NCBI GenBank assembly: GCA_951406725.2
Contig: OX597826.1
Location: forward strand, 27,838,001-27,902,000
Reading direction: 5' to 3'
DNA: 64,000 nucleotides
Source of the DNA: Octopus vulgaris
Lineage: Eukaryota
A program made the translations under genes and the position numbers. The notes under the pieces were generated by a model. The model made no database searches. It was not told where the DNA came from and worked only from the letters and a program-made list of their open reading frames with translations. Shown here one piece after another: positions 41,991-55,545 of this stretch. The first letter of the stretch is position 1. Each line of letters begins with the position of its first letter.

Positions 41991-42489
41991 TATCCTCCTA
42001 CTCATTCGTTTTCTCTTTTCCTTTCTTTTGCCTTCCCTTTTCTCTCTCTCTCTCTCTCTTTTCTCTCTTATCCTATCTCCAAATCTTTTCCTCTCCCCTT
42101 CACAGTTCTCTGTCTGTCACTCTTTCTCCCCCACTCTTCCTCCTTTGCTCACGTGGCCCCCACGTGACCATCGGCTATTCTCCGAACTTTCTTTCTTCCT
42201 GTTTCAGCTGGACAGAGAAGACGTATTGTTCTCTGTCTCCTGTCCAGATTTGTTTCTTTCCTTCGCCACCACAACCTCGTTTAGGCTTAGCAGCCTTTCC
42301 TGTTTGTTTTCACTGTCCCTTTTTTTTTTGTCACCAATCTTGACCCTCTGCAACTTCGCAAATTTTATCTAATTTGCTTTGCGGGAACAACTATTTTATC
42401 GAAGGCGTTTCTTGTGAATTTCTCGAAATACGGTAAGAAAAACAGCCGACAACTGATGAAGGGTCGTTCCTTGTGTTACTTGACTTCGG

Positions 42490-42790
42490 TTGCGACGATC
42501 AGTGTTCCAGTTGATCATATCAGCGGAACAACTTGCACATGAAATTAGCGCAAGTGACCGAGTACTCCACAGAAAACGTGTACCTTTATCGGAGTTCTCC
42601 GGGAGATTCAGCGTGACACACAATGTGACAAGGCCGGATCTTTGAAATGCAGATACGACTTGTTTCTGCCCGCTGCGTGAAGTGGAGCTACGTGAAATAA
42701 AACGTCTTGCTCAAGGACACAACGCGCCGCTGGGAATCAAACTCGCAACCTTACGACCGTGTACCGAATACCCTAACCACAAAGCCACAC
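42490..42790 (-). mobile_element. SINE family C
   Basis: Reverse homolog of 21924-22222. Confidence 0.7.
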
Positions 42791-42825
42791 TTAGTTGTCG
42801 CTAGTTCGACGGACGGATGGGCGGA

Positions 42826-42847
42826 TGGACAGACAGCTGGACGGATG

Positions 42848-42922
<75 letters not shown>

Positions 42923-42941
42923 GGATAGATAGATAGATATC

Positions 42942-43034
<93 letters not shown>

Positions 43035-43291
43035 GGATGGATGGATGGATGGATGGATAGATGGATGGATGAATAGATGGACGGAGGGAGGAAGGGACGG
43101 ATGGAAGGACAGATGGACGGATGGATGGATGGATGGAAGGATGGATGGATGGACGGACGGACGGATGGATGGATGGATGGATGGATAGATGGACGGACGG
43201 ACGGGCGGATGGACGGACATCTGGACGGATGGATGGATGGATGGATGGTTGGATGGATGGATGGACGGACGGACGGGCGGATGGACGGACA

Positions 43292-43324
<33 letters not shown>

Positions 43325-43635
43325 ATAGATGGTTGGATGGATGGATGGACGGACGGACGGGCGGATGGACGGACAGATGGACGGATGGATGGATGGATGG
43401 ATAGATGGATGGATGAATAGATGGACGGAGGGAGGGAGGGACGGATGGAAGGACAGATGGACGGATGGATGGATGGATGGATGGAAGGATGGATGGATGG
43501 ACGGACGGATGGATGGATGGATGGATGGATGGATAGATGGACGGACGGACGGGCGGATGGACGGACATCTGGACGGATGGATGGATGGATGGTTGGATGG
43601 ATGGATGGACGGACGGACGGGCGGATGGACGGACA

Positions 43636-43668
<33 letters not shown>

Positions 43669-43818
43669 ACGGACAGACGGACGGGCGGATGGAAGGACAG
43701 ATGGACGGATTGATGGATGGATGGATGGATGGACGGACGGACGGGCGGATGGAAGGAGAGATGGGCGGATGGATGAATGGATGGATGGATAGACGGACGG
43801 ACGGACGGACGGACAGAC

Positions 43819-43890
<72 letters not shown>

Positions 43891-43938
43891 GAATGGATGG
43901 ATGGATAGACGGACGGACGGACGGACGGACGGACGGAC

Positions 43939-44010
<72 letters not shown>

Positions 44011-44098
44011 GGATGGATGGATGGATGGATGGATGGATGGATAGACGGATGGATGAATAGATGAACGGAGGGAGGGACGGATGGATAGATGGACGGAT
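42826..44098. repeat. Compound (GATA)n/(GGAT)n/(GGAC)n satellite with a higher-order duplication
   Basis: Rare variants gaatag, gagggag, acatct and ggttgg recur in the same order at about 43070-43250 and 43415-43595. Confidence 0.9.
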
Positions 44099-44542
44099 AT
44101 TTGAGTTCACATGTTCTTCGTTTGCTCCGCTGCTACTTGTGAATGACTTCCTCGATGCAAGGAATTTCAAAACACGGCTCTTTTACGTGCTTCGCTTGTA
44201 AACAACCACATTCTTCGTTCTCGAAGGAATACGATTGCATTTTAGTAGATGTGGGGGCGGACTTGATACCATATGGATATCAACACCTTTGGGATCTGGA
44301 TTAATATTTTCGCACGTTTTTGTCGCCTAATTTCATTTTTACGATTAGAGCATCTTGTTTTTATTTAATTGGGGTTTTTGTGGTTTTTTGGGGTTTTTTT
44401 GTTGAACATTTTAATTTTATTTTGGTTCAATTTCACTGCTAATGGCATTAAGTAAGTCGAGCAACGAACTCAGAAATGTGAAAAGTGAAAGGAAAAACGA
44501 AGTAAGAAGCCCAAACAAACTAGCTTTTAACGAAAATATAAT

Positions 44543-44700
44543 GGCGCAGACGTGCGGTAAGAAGCTTACTTCCCAACCACATGACTCCTGGTTCAGTTCC
44601 ACTGCGTGGCACCTTGGGCAAGCGTCCTCCGGCCGACCAAAACTTTAGTGACTAGGTCTGGCAGACGGAAACTGAAAAGCAATCTGTCGTGTGTGTGTTT
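44543..44700 (+). mobile_element. SINE family A head
   Basis: ggtaagaagcttacttcccaaccacatg...ccttgggcaag. Confidence 0.75.
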
Positions 44701-44777
44701 GTATATATATTTCGCTCTGCAAGATTCTTCTGGTTTTGCAAGATTCTTTATGTGAGTTCGTGTGTTGAAGCGTATTC

Positions 44778-45036
44778 TGTTGTGTCAGTGGCGGAGGGGG
44801 AGTCATTCTCTTTTAGTGCATTATTATTTAACACATTCACCGGTAAAGTTTCCTCTCATTTACTTAATTATTTTTAAAGTCTTCGTTGTATCTCGGAAGC
44901 TTTTCAGTACTGAAAATGTCTCAAGACGCAACGAACATTTTAAGGAAAAATGAATAAGTAAACGAGTGGAAACTTTACCGGTGAATGTATTAAATAATAA
45001 GGCACTAAAAGAGAATGAATCCTCCCAGACACAACA
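44778..45036. repeat. ~260-bp imperfect palindrome centred on ttttcagt|actgaaaa
   Basis: Arms share cattctcttttagtgc..tatttaa.acattcaccggtaaagtttcc. Confidence 0.88.
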
Positions 45037-45129
45037 ATGGTTCTCACCCATGGACACTTGATTCTCACCCATGGTCACAAACAAAGCTGAGCAAGAAATA
45101 CGCAGATGGTTGCACGTATGGTAAAATTG

Positions 45130-46000
45130 CCTCTTCCCATACAAGAAGCATAGGTCGAACTGGAAAATTGCCGAAGCAGCATTTAGGAGGTCTACATCTC
45201 CTTGTCTAGGATTTTATTCTGGAGAAAGCACGAAGAAAATTTACATAACTTTACCTGACAAAGGAAGACGAAAATTACTCCGTGTTTTCAAGGAACCAGA
45301 AAAATAGTCCCTTCGGAAGGTCCGGACAAGTAATTTTTCCATGAAAAGAAGCAAAGCCTTCGACACCATCATTTATAAAGTCTGCATTTTTATCTTAAGA
45401 ATCACCAAGGAAACTCACGTACTTTTAAGGATCACGAAGGAATCTCGTGTACTTTTGGAAACTTTCTCTGATCCCTAAATATCAGAAATAGATGTTCTGG
45501 TAAACATCTGGACAAGTCAAACATCTTCTCGATAAAGAGAACAGCCAGCAACATCATTTATTTCACGTTGAGGTTCGAGGGAGGGGTTCGGAGACAGGCA
45601 GAAATGGATGGTGTTTACTTGCTTACACACTTGTTTCCTAATATCCGTGATATCATGATTACAGAGATGACAATTACGACACAGCAGTTGTCACCTTTCT
45701 GCCGGGAAATGTGTGGGTGATAACAGCACAAGTAATGAGAAATGATAAGTTGCTGAAAGAAGTCAGCATAAACTTGCAAGTCCTATGACTACAAGAATAC
45801 AAGGTTATTCCATAAAGAGTGTCCCGTTGTAGTCAGTAAATCAAAGACAAAGAGAAAACCTAGTTGTTACAGTTGTGGCAGCAAAAGTCACCTTAAACGA
45901 ATTTTAACCAAGAATTTGGAGATGCAGTGGAAAAGTGTAGAAAGCAGAACCAATAACAATATCAGGCTGCAACAAAATCTTCATTTTCTAAGTCACCATC
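45130..46000 (+). pseudogene. Probable decayed Ty3/Gypsy gag relic
   Basis: YSGESTKKIYITLPD and QKNSPFGR, plus CYSCGSKSHLKR near 45865-45900 (Cx2Cx4H zinc-knuckle start); heavily broken. Confidence 0.45.
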
Positions 46001-46531
46001 ACTCAAGGTTACACTGTTAGCTAAGGAGATCATTTTCTTTGGGGAACTTAAAAACTATAATCAGCGTCCTCATCCAAGAGCATCGTTATTTCTGTATATT
46101 ACAACAAACTTGCAGCAGAGTTTGTTGTAGATATGATAATGCATTTGGAGTAAGATGAGAAAAGAAGCAGACGTTGTGACAGAAATTTCATTGTAAGAGA
46201 GAAAATGAATGAAATAAATACGAGAGGCAAGGGTGTAATAATTTTTGTGAATCACTGTGTATATAAACGTGTGTGTGTGTGTGCATGTGCGACTTAGTAT
46301 ACACGTGAGTGTATACATATGCATGTGTATATATATATGTATATATATATATGTATGTGTGTATGTATATATGTATATGTATGTATATATGTATGTGTGT
46401 ATGCATGTGTGCATGTTTGAATATAAATGCGTGTAAACTTTGGGGCATGTCAATATATATAGAGAGAGCTAGACATATATATGCATGTATGTACATACAT
46501 ATCTATCTATATATATATATGTATATATATT

Positions 46532-46596
<65 letters not shown>

Positions 46597-47332
46597 CTGT
46601 ATGTGTGTGTGTGTGTGTGTGTGTGTATGAATATATTATTCATGTACATATGCATATATGGATATAGAAATATATATCCCAACACATGTATATATAATAT
46701 ATGTGGGTGCATTTATGCATATATGCATACATACATGCATATATATATATATATATATATGCTTGTATATCTATCTTCATATCAATCTATCTATCTACCT
46801 ACCTATACATATAAATGTATATATATATATATATATATATATATGGATACACACACACTCACACACATGAACAGTCACACACACGCACGCATTCATGTGC
46901 TTACGTGTGCATGTGCGTGTTACCGATAAACGCTATTAATCGCGACCACATTACATGTACATTAAAAGACTTTCTTAGCCTAAAACGGAATCCAGATTAG
47001 ATTAAGCATCGCTGCACATGCAAACTACACATATTGCATCCACATGTTTGCATGAGTGTATAGAATGCACACAAGTGTATGGATGTATGCGATGAAAGAT
47101 GCATTTTCATTATAAACAGAAGTTATCTGAGACTTTCAACAAGCCAAGCGAAAACCAGTCAATAGTTGCGCGCGCATGTGCTTATATTTGCATAAGTGCG
47201 TGAGTGTGTGACCATGTCTGAGAATGTGTGTGTGTGTGCGTGTGTGTGTGCGTGTGTGTGTGTGCGTGTCTGTGTGTATATGTGTGTGTTCGTGTAGGTG
47301 TTTGTGGGTGGATGTGTGCGTGTGTTTATATA

Positions 47333-47406
<74 letters not shown>

Positions 47407-47814
47407 GATATATACATATATATAGATACATACACATAAACATATATATATATGTGTGTCAGTGTGTGTATGCATATTTATATACATACACACATTATGT
47501 ATATGTATATATATATAACATACATATATATATACGCACACACACACACATACATACATGCATACATACAGACGTACCCGGACAAATACACATATAAAAG
47601 TTCATAAATATATTCATATGCATGTATAAGTATGCGTATATCGTAATTCCGTATATATTCATTATTTGTTTAAATACGTATGAATACAGACACACACAAA
47701 CGCATACAAATCGAAGTGCGTGCAATTAAATATGTGCTTGTATATGTGTTCTTCTGTGTGTGTATTTACACATACACACACATATATGCATACGTATATA
47801 TATCTCTTTCTCTC

Positions 47815-48213
47815 TTTTCTCTTTTACTTGTTTCAGTCATTTGACTGAAGCCATGCTGGAGCACCGCCTCTAGTCGAGCAATTCGACCCCGGGACTTATT
47901 CTTTGTAAGCCCAGTACTTATTCTATCGGTCTCTTTTGCCGAACCGCTAAGTGACGGGGACGTAAACACACCAGCATCGGTTGTCAAGCAATGCTAGGGG
48001 GACAAACACAGACACACACACGCAGACACATATATATATATATACATATATACGACAGGCTTCTTTCAGTTTCCGTCTACCAAATCCACTCACAAGGCAT
48101 TGGTCGGCCCGGGGTTATAGCAGAAGACACTTGCCCAAGGTGCCACTCAGTGGGACTGAACCCGGAACCATGTGGTTGGTTAGCAAGCTACTTACCACAC
48201 TGCCACTCCTGCG

Positions 48214-48215
<2 letters not shown>
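47815..48215 (-). mobile_element. SINE family A, young full-length copy
   Basis: Near-identical to 33532-33983. Confidence 0.9.
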
Positions 48216-48248
<33 letters not shown>

Positions 48249-48290
48249 GGGGTTGCATGTATCTCTCTCTCTCTCTCTCTCTCTCTGTCC

Positions 48291-48338
<48 letters not shown>

Positions 48339-48631
48339 GTTCGAAACGCGGTGTAGACACAACAGGGGACAACTGACGACGGGAATGTTCTTTATGTTGC
48401 CTGTCTCGTTTCTTTAATTGTTTATTTCGTTGTTCGAAAAAAAGTTCGTTTTCCATGTTTTTGTTGTTTTCTGTTCTCATTTTTCATTTTGTTCGCGTTT
48501 TTGTACGTCCAGTACTCGTATATGCATATATATATATACGTATATATACATATATATGTAGGTATGTACATATATGCATGTATATATGCATATATATATA
48601 TATATATTATTTATATTACTATATATGTATG

Positions 48632-48689
<58 letters not shown>

Positions 48690-48767
48690 GGTCCCGCGTT
48701 GAGTCGGGGTTAACCACAGTAAATAAGGTACTCAATACATAGCAGAGTAAATTAATTTATAAAATAA

Positions 48768-48817
<50 letters not shown>

Positions 48818-48819
<2 letters not shown>

Positions 48820-49244
48820 TAGCAGCTAAGCTCGGTTTCATCCGGTCGGTTTGAATGATGTGGCTGTAAAACCTTTTTCTGTGTAAGCATTCGACTTGTT
48901 TGGGCACGCTTACGTTAAAAAACAGTTTTAGAATTATAAAAATAACTGACCAACATAGAAAAAACCAACCAAGATTAAGCCAAATCAAAAAATAATCCTA
49001 AATACTAAACGAACAAAGCTGAACCATCCCACTCCCATTGCGCGTGCACACACACTAACACACACACACACATACACACACACACACACATAGGCACAGG
49101 CTCACACATTCATAAACCCCTCCTTTTACATATTCACACAGAATTGAAACGCTGTTTGATTTACTTTTCAGCGTACAATTTTCATCATCCCACTACCACG
49201 TATGACATCACTCCTTTCTTCATTATTCATCTATCACCCCTTCC

Positions 49245-49255
<11 letters not shown>
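48818..49255 (-). mobile_element. Helitron-like non-autonomous element with internal (CA)n
   Basis: ACTAG plus a cggtttcatccg hairpin at the left; ccttttta(ta)n at the right; a ~42-bp piece recurs at about 51696-51738. Confidence 0.5.
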
Positions 49256-49301
<46 letters not shown>

Positions 49302-49380
49302 GCTTTTATGTATATACATACTTTTATATATATTTTCTGTTTAACAATTATATTGTGAAACAACGTCAAACGCATACAAA

Positions 49381-49680
49381 ATCTTACAGCTGTTTCAAGG
49401 GTATCCCCGAGTATGCGATATTACATCATCAGAGACAAATTGGGGACGAAATGGTGGAAAATGAGAATGGTATATATCAATAGGATGACAACATAGAAGG
49501 GAGTAATAGAATAAGGAGATGGAAAGAGAAAAGCATAGAAGTTCATAGTTCAACTATAGTTGAACTATATTGTCATCTTATTGATATATAGTATTCTTAT
49601 TTTCCATAGTTTTTTCCCAAGTTGTCTCTGATGACGGAATATCCCATACTCGGGGATATCCCAGAAACAGCTGTAAGATA
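49381..49680. mobile_element. Inverted Penelope-like repeat pair with divergent hammerheads
   Basis: Arms at about 49381-49495 and 49566-49679; each carries CTGATGA...GAAACAGCTGTA. Confidence 0.75.
49623..49680 (+). ncRNA. Type I hammerhead ribozyme
   Basis: Stem I tgtct/agata; CTGATGA 49628-49634; stem II ggaatatccc/gggatatccc (9 of 10 pairs); GAAA 49664-49667; palindromic stem III ACAGCTGT; GUA site at 49675. Confidence 0.7.
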
Positions 49681-49983
49681 TTGAATTTCTGCCTATAATA
49701 ATATCGTTTATAACTTGGGATGTTTGCCTTGTCTTAATGTTTGAAGTCCTTTTCAGCAATTGTATATCCGCTGCATCGGAAATCTGCACTAAGTCCAAAA
49801 CTACCGACTCGCCTATTACCTTGGAACCCCAGTAATCTGTTACAGCACTTACCTGGCGTACTTAATCGTAGAGATTACCTGTGAACTAAACCTCCATACC
49901 TTGTGCATATATATATGATAGATCGTTAGCCACTACACACATGTTTTCACTCCTTGTTTCTCTCCATGTTTTTTTCTTTGTCC

Positions 49984-50019
49984 CTTTCTGTAGAAGAGCG
50001 TAGGCGCGAAACGTAAAAG
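49984..50019 (+). ncRNA. Minimal hammerhead-like motif with an A6U core change
   Basis: cttt-CTGTAGA-a-gagc-gtag-gcgc-GAAA-c-GTA-aaag. Confidence 0.45.
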
Positions 50020-50301
50020 ACGTTTTCTAATCCTGAGCGTTATACTAATACATCTGTTTGTTTTGCACACCACCTGTCTTCGTCTTTCCATGAATTCTCT
50101 CCATAAATATATATATATATAAACATACATATACATGTGTATATATATACATGCGTACTTACATATACATTTATACAGATATTAAATTATATACGCAATA
50201 TACATGCATTACATATATAATAAACATATGTGAATGTTTGTTATACGCCCACGCGTATAACATATATTTATATATTACATATATGCGTGCATATACAGCA
50301 T

Positions 50302-50372
<71 letters not shown>

Positions 50373-50456
50373 TAGATATAAGCATGTACACGTGCGTATG
50401 CATTCGTGTTCTTATCCGTATGTAATGGTGTCTGTCGTTCCAGTATAAATTTTCAG

Positions 50457-50684
50457 AAGACGAAACCAAGAAAACCATCGAACATTAAGACTACACGAAG
50501 TCATTAAAACGTTGCAGATGTCTTCATCGATAGATCGATGGGCTATCAGCCAAACGTCTGATATATTCATTTGCAGTCTCCCAATATGCAATGTACTAAT
50601 GTCTAATACCCAAACCTGTCTGCTGTTATTGGCACGGTGTTCCAAAATACACATACATATTTATTGTTGTCTTATATTGTTGAT
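50457..50684 (+). other. Possible 228-nt exon, product unknown
   Basis: ttttcag acceptor and |gtaagt donor; one open frame ending in hydrophobic CLLLLARCSKIHIHIYCCLILL; unique sequence. Confidence 0.3.
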
Positions 50685-50892
50685 GTAAGTAACGAGGGTA
50701 CCATATCATTTACCGATTCTATCGTTGTAGCTGTAATGCCGTATTAGTTTTCTTTACATTCGTATGGATACTTAAAGAAATTGTTGAGGTAGTTGTTTTG
50801 GTGATAGTGGTGTTGGTGGTGCTGCTGCTGATGATGATGCTGTTGCTGCTGCTGTGTTGTCTCGCTGTGGGGAGCGGAGATTCTATATTCTT

Positions 50893-51287
50893 TTGTACTC
50901 TAGGCACAAGGGTGGAAATTTTGGTAGGGAGGCGGCAGTCAATTAGATCGACATCAGAACGCGACTAGTACTTAATTTATCGACCACGAAAGAATGAAAG
51001 GTTATGTCGACCTCGACGGAATTTGAACTCAGAACGTAGCCGCAGATGAAATACCTATTTCTTTACTACCCACAAGGAGCTAAACACAGAGGGGACAAAC
51101 AAGGACAGACAAACAGATTAAGTCGATTATATGGACCCCAGTGCGTAACTGGTACTTATTTAATCGACCCCGAAAGGATGAAAGGTAAAGTCGACCTCGG
51201 CAGAATTTGAACTCAGAACGTAATGCCAGACGAATTACGGCTACGTGTTTCGCCCAGCGTGCTAACGTTTCTGCCAGCTCGCCGCCG
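50893..51287 (-). mobile_element. SINE family B, dimeric young copy
   Basis: Reverse homolog of 4500-4820 with an intact ggcggcgagctggcagaa head. Confidence 0.88.
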
Positions 51288-51573
51288 TAGCGGAGATTCT
51301 ATATTAATGAATCTCTTAAGAGATTTAACTGTTGTTTCCAGCAGATATACATGCTTAGTATATCCTTTGATTAATTTTAATTGTTCAGCTATTTAATGCT
51401 TTTGGGCGGTGGGGTCTGCTATTGCCTGTGTCGTTGATTCTGTTATTATCATTTTTAAATTGTTATACTAGATAATAACAGAGTCAATGGTATCTTCGCA
51501 AATTATTTTTTCGTGAATTATATTTCTCGTGAACTATTAGCTCTGTATATAAATATATATATACATATATACA

Positions 51574-51610
51574 TAAATACACACACACACACATACATAC
51601 ACATACGCCC

Positions 51611-51656
<46 letters not shown>

Positions 51657-51699
51657 GGGCGTATGTGTATGTATGTGTGTGTGCGTGTGTGTGTATTTA
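51574..51699. repeat. Fold-back palindrome centred on (AT)n
   Basis: catacatacacatacgcccacaac-(at)n-gttgtgggcgtatgtgtatgtatg. Confidence 0.9.
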
Positions 51700-51735
51700 C
51701 TTTTCAGCGTACAATTTTCATCATCCCACTACCAC

Positions 51736-51809
<74 letters not shown>

Positions 51810-52255
51810 ACTCCTGGGGATTATTTTATATTTCATCAAGAATGTGGTATGAAAGTTCCAGGGTTTTGAATAACTTGGAACCATCTGTTAGCCACTATTC
51901 TGCTGTTGGTAGGTCTACTATGAAGCAGAATGGTAGCGCTTATTAGCGTTAGCAAACATGGGAAACACCGGGAGTGAAGGACCCTAGTTCTCATTAGAAC
52001 ATCCTTCTAGGAGACGGTAAACTTATATAGAAGACTGAAGAGCAGTTGGTTTCTGGTCGTCTCGACCTCTGTTGTGCCGCCGGTTTTGTTGGTGATTGCG
52101 CTGAGAAGCGGGTTCCGTGATGTACAATACTTGAACCACTCAAAACAAATTCACGAAAGCGAATTTGGGACCTTGGGTACGTTTATACGAATTTACTGAG
52201 TTTAGGGAAAGGGTCTGCTTCTGTCACATGGTGCCTTCCACCGTACATATTACAT

Positions 52256-52330
<75 letters not shown>

Positions 52331-52350
52331 CATATATGCATAATACAGAG

Positions 52351-52390
<40 letters not shown>

Positions 52391-52465
52391 AAGAATAGAA
52401 TAGTTACGTAGTTATTTAATTCGATACGTAGTATTGCAGATAGATAACAGACAGACAGACAAACT

Positions 52466-52496
<31 letters not shown>

Positions 52497-53111
52497 TGAC
52501 AGACTGGCCGACAGGCAGATAGATGCAACAGAGATGACTATGACAAGAAAAGAAAGTTTCTGTAAATAGAATCTGTGCAAGATCTGTTAGCAAAACAATA
52601 AAACATATTTGGTTGACTCTGTGAAAACATTGAATTAACTGCATAGGAAGACATCGGATATCCGGCGGTTTTCCCAAGTGCAACATGGGTAAACATTTGA
52701 GATGAGTGAAAGGAGACGCTATCGGATAGCTGAGAAATTAGGAAATTTCATTGGAGAATGCTAACACTTCCGGCTACCTAATGTTGGTCCTTGGTGTTGA
52801 TGCGCGATGGAGCGATTGTTGGTGTAATATGAAATGTTTGAAAGCAGTCAGTGTCGAGAAATGCGATGTGACTAGGTGGATGCTAAAATCCACCAAGCAT
52901 TAAGCGAGCATGTGATAGTTTTTTTCATGTGTATGTGTGCATACATATGTGTATGGTGTGTGCATGCGTCTGTGTATTCATATACATGTGTTTGTGGGTA
53001 CAAAGGATTACATGTTTTTATGCGTATATATGTATGTGTATATTTGAATATGCATTTATATTTATATCTATATATCTGGTTATCTGTCTATCTATTCAGC
53101 TATCCATTTCT

Positions 53112-53232
<121 letters not shown>

Positions 53233-54407
53233 GAAAGAATGGAGTTGAACGACGATTTAAAAAAAATTCCTTTATTCTCGACATGTGTTTCGAAGGCTGC
53301 ATATTCCTAATTTCGAAGGAATAAGGGGTGCATTATGCCGCCTTCTCATCAGGAAAACCAGTGTACTGAAACGAATTAGCAGTTGAGCTCAACTTTTATC
53401 CTCTCTAACTGAAATAAAAATAAAGCAGAAAACAGTACCTGCTTTAAACTTAGATAGGTTGATCAGTTTATATTCCTCTTTCTTCTTAACATTTTTTATT
53501 TTTCTTTCTTTCATGAAGAAACCAGCTGGGGTCACATCCGATGAAGGATGGGCTCTGCTAGGACTAACAGTGATCGAAACACATCATAAGTCACAACGGC
53601 TCTCCTACTGCTCCACCAATGAACTGAGGGCTCGAATTAACGTCACAGTAAAGTTTTGTTCGGGTCGGGCTTCAGTAAGTTTCTGCCTCCACAATTTTAC
53701 TCTCAAGCACATTGGCCAATCGATAGCCAAATTAAAACAAAAAAGAAAAAGAAAAAAGAAAAACGCCTGAGCAAAGAGTTGCACAGAGGTAACGAACCGC
53801 GAATGAGACTCGCAAGTTTACGAACAGAAAATCTTTGTCACCCGACCGTACCCGAGCCTTTGGCCTGAGACTGTGATTTTATATTTTGTGTTTGTGTTTG
53901 TGTTTTTATTGTTGTCTTATATTGTAAGGAAATTGTTTGGGTATCGTCACCCCGGGTGGGAACCTGATCATTGGTATTGACTAACATTTGATTGGATGTT
54001 AATGTAAGGTGATATGTTGCCGAATAGTCAGTCTCGTTTTACCTCCAACGATGATTGTAATCTGAGCTAGTAGGATCGGTGGTTGGTGGGGGGGTCGTGG
54101 GGGTCGTGGGGGGGTAGTAAAGCCATTAGAGAACCGTAAATAGAGGGAAAGAGAGAGGAGAGTGGATAGTAGCGTGCAAAAGAAGTAGGTAGAGAAATAT
54201 GAGTGGGGAGGGGGTAGAAACGAAGCAGAGGGTTGAGAGATTTGGGGAACCGAGAGAAAACGGATGCGAGATAAGAGAGAGTGAGAGAAAGGAGATAGAG
54301 AGAGAGAGTAAAGAGAGAAAGGTATGAGATAAAACAAGAGTGGATAGCAAGACATTCATTAATGGATAAAGGTAGATAGATTGATAGATAGATAAATAGA
54401 TAGATAA

Positions 54408-54452
<45 letters not shown>

Positions 54453-54454
54453 TG

Positions 54455-54509
<55 letters not shown>

Positions 54510-55244
54510 TCATGCGTGCGTGTTTATATATATATACATGTGCATGTGTGTGTGTGTGTGTGAATACGTGTGTGCGTGTGTGCACTTGCGCTTCCGTGTA
54601 TGAGTGCTCACGTGTGTATGTGCAGAAAGAGAGAAAGAGAGAGATATAGAGGGAGAGAGAGAGAGAGATGGAAGGAACGAAGAGAGATAATAAAAGAACG
54701 AAACAAAGACAGAATATAATGATTACTTGCCAAGGTAGACATTTTACTTTGTCAAATCTGTCTTCTTATAATTATGCTCCGCTCCGTCTCCCCCCCTCTC
54801 TCTCTTTCTCTCTCACTCTTTTTCTGTCTTTCTGTGTGTGTGTATGTGTCTTTCCCTTCACTCTTTTCTTCTCTCTCTTTCTCACTGTATGTTTGCAAAA
54901 GTACAAACACACAGATATATGGCGAGAGAGAGAGAGAGAGATAAACAGACAGACAGGCAGACAGCCAGAGACAGACAGACAGAGACCCAGAGAGAGAACA
55001 TACTAGGCCGGTGTATCGTGTGTGATTTCGTCTGTTTGGTGATCCCGTGTTCAGTCCTACTGCGTAGCCCTTCAAACACCTTTTTTTCCCACTATAACAT
55101 CCGATTGATCCTTACGTTGCAAATGAAAATGAGCGCTGCTTCCACTTAAGCTACTTCTTAGCTTATAGTCATAATTGCTTTGTCACAACTCCACCACTTG
55201 GATGCGGAGATACTGATTTTTTTATCTATTCAATTCTTTATTTC

Positions 55245-55543
<299 letters not shown>

Positions 55544-55545
55544 CA

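Noticed and set aside
42801-44170. 255-aa and 409-aa SIHP-repeat ORFs
   Set aside because: They are frames of the GGAT/GATA satellite.
49846-49860. acttacctggcgta, like the U1 snRNA 5' end
   Set aside because: The similarity stops after about 14 nt. It is equally a minus-strand CAG|GTAAGT donor-like word, with no supportable exon.
53535-53590. ccgatga...cgaaac hammerhead-like spacing
   Set aside because: The core is mutated and no stem II can be formed.
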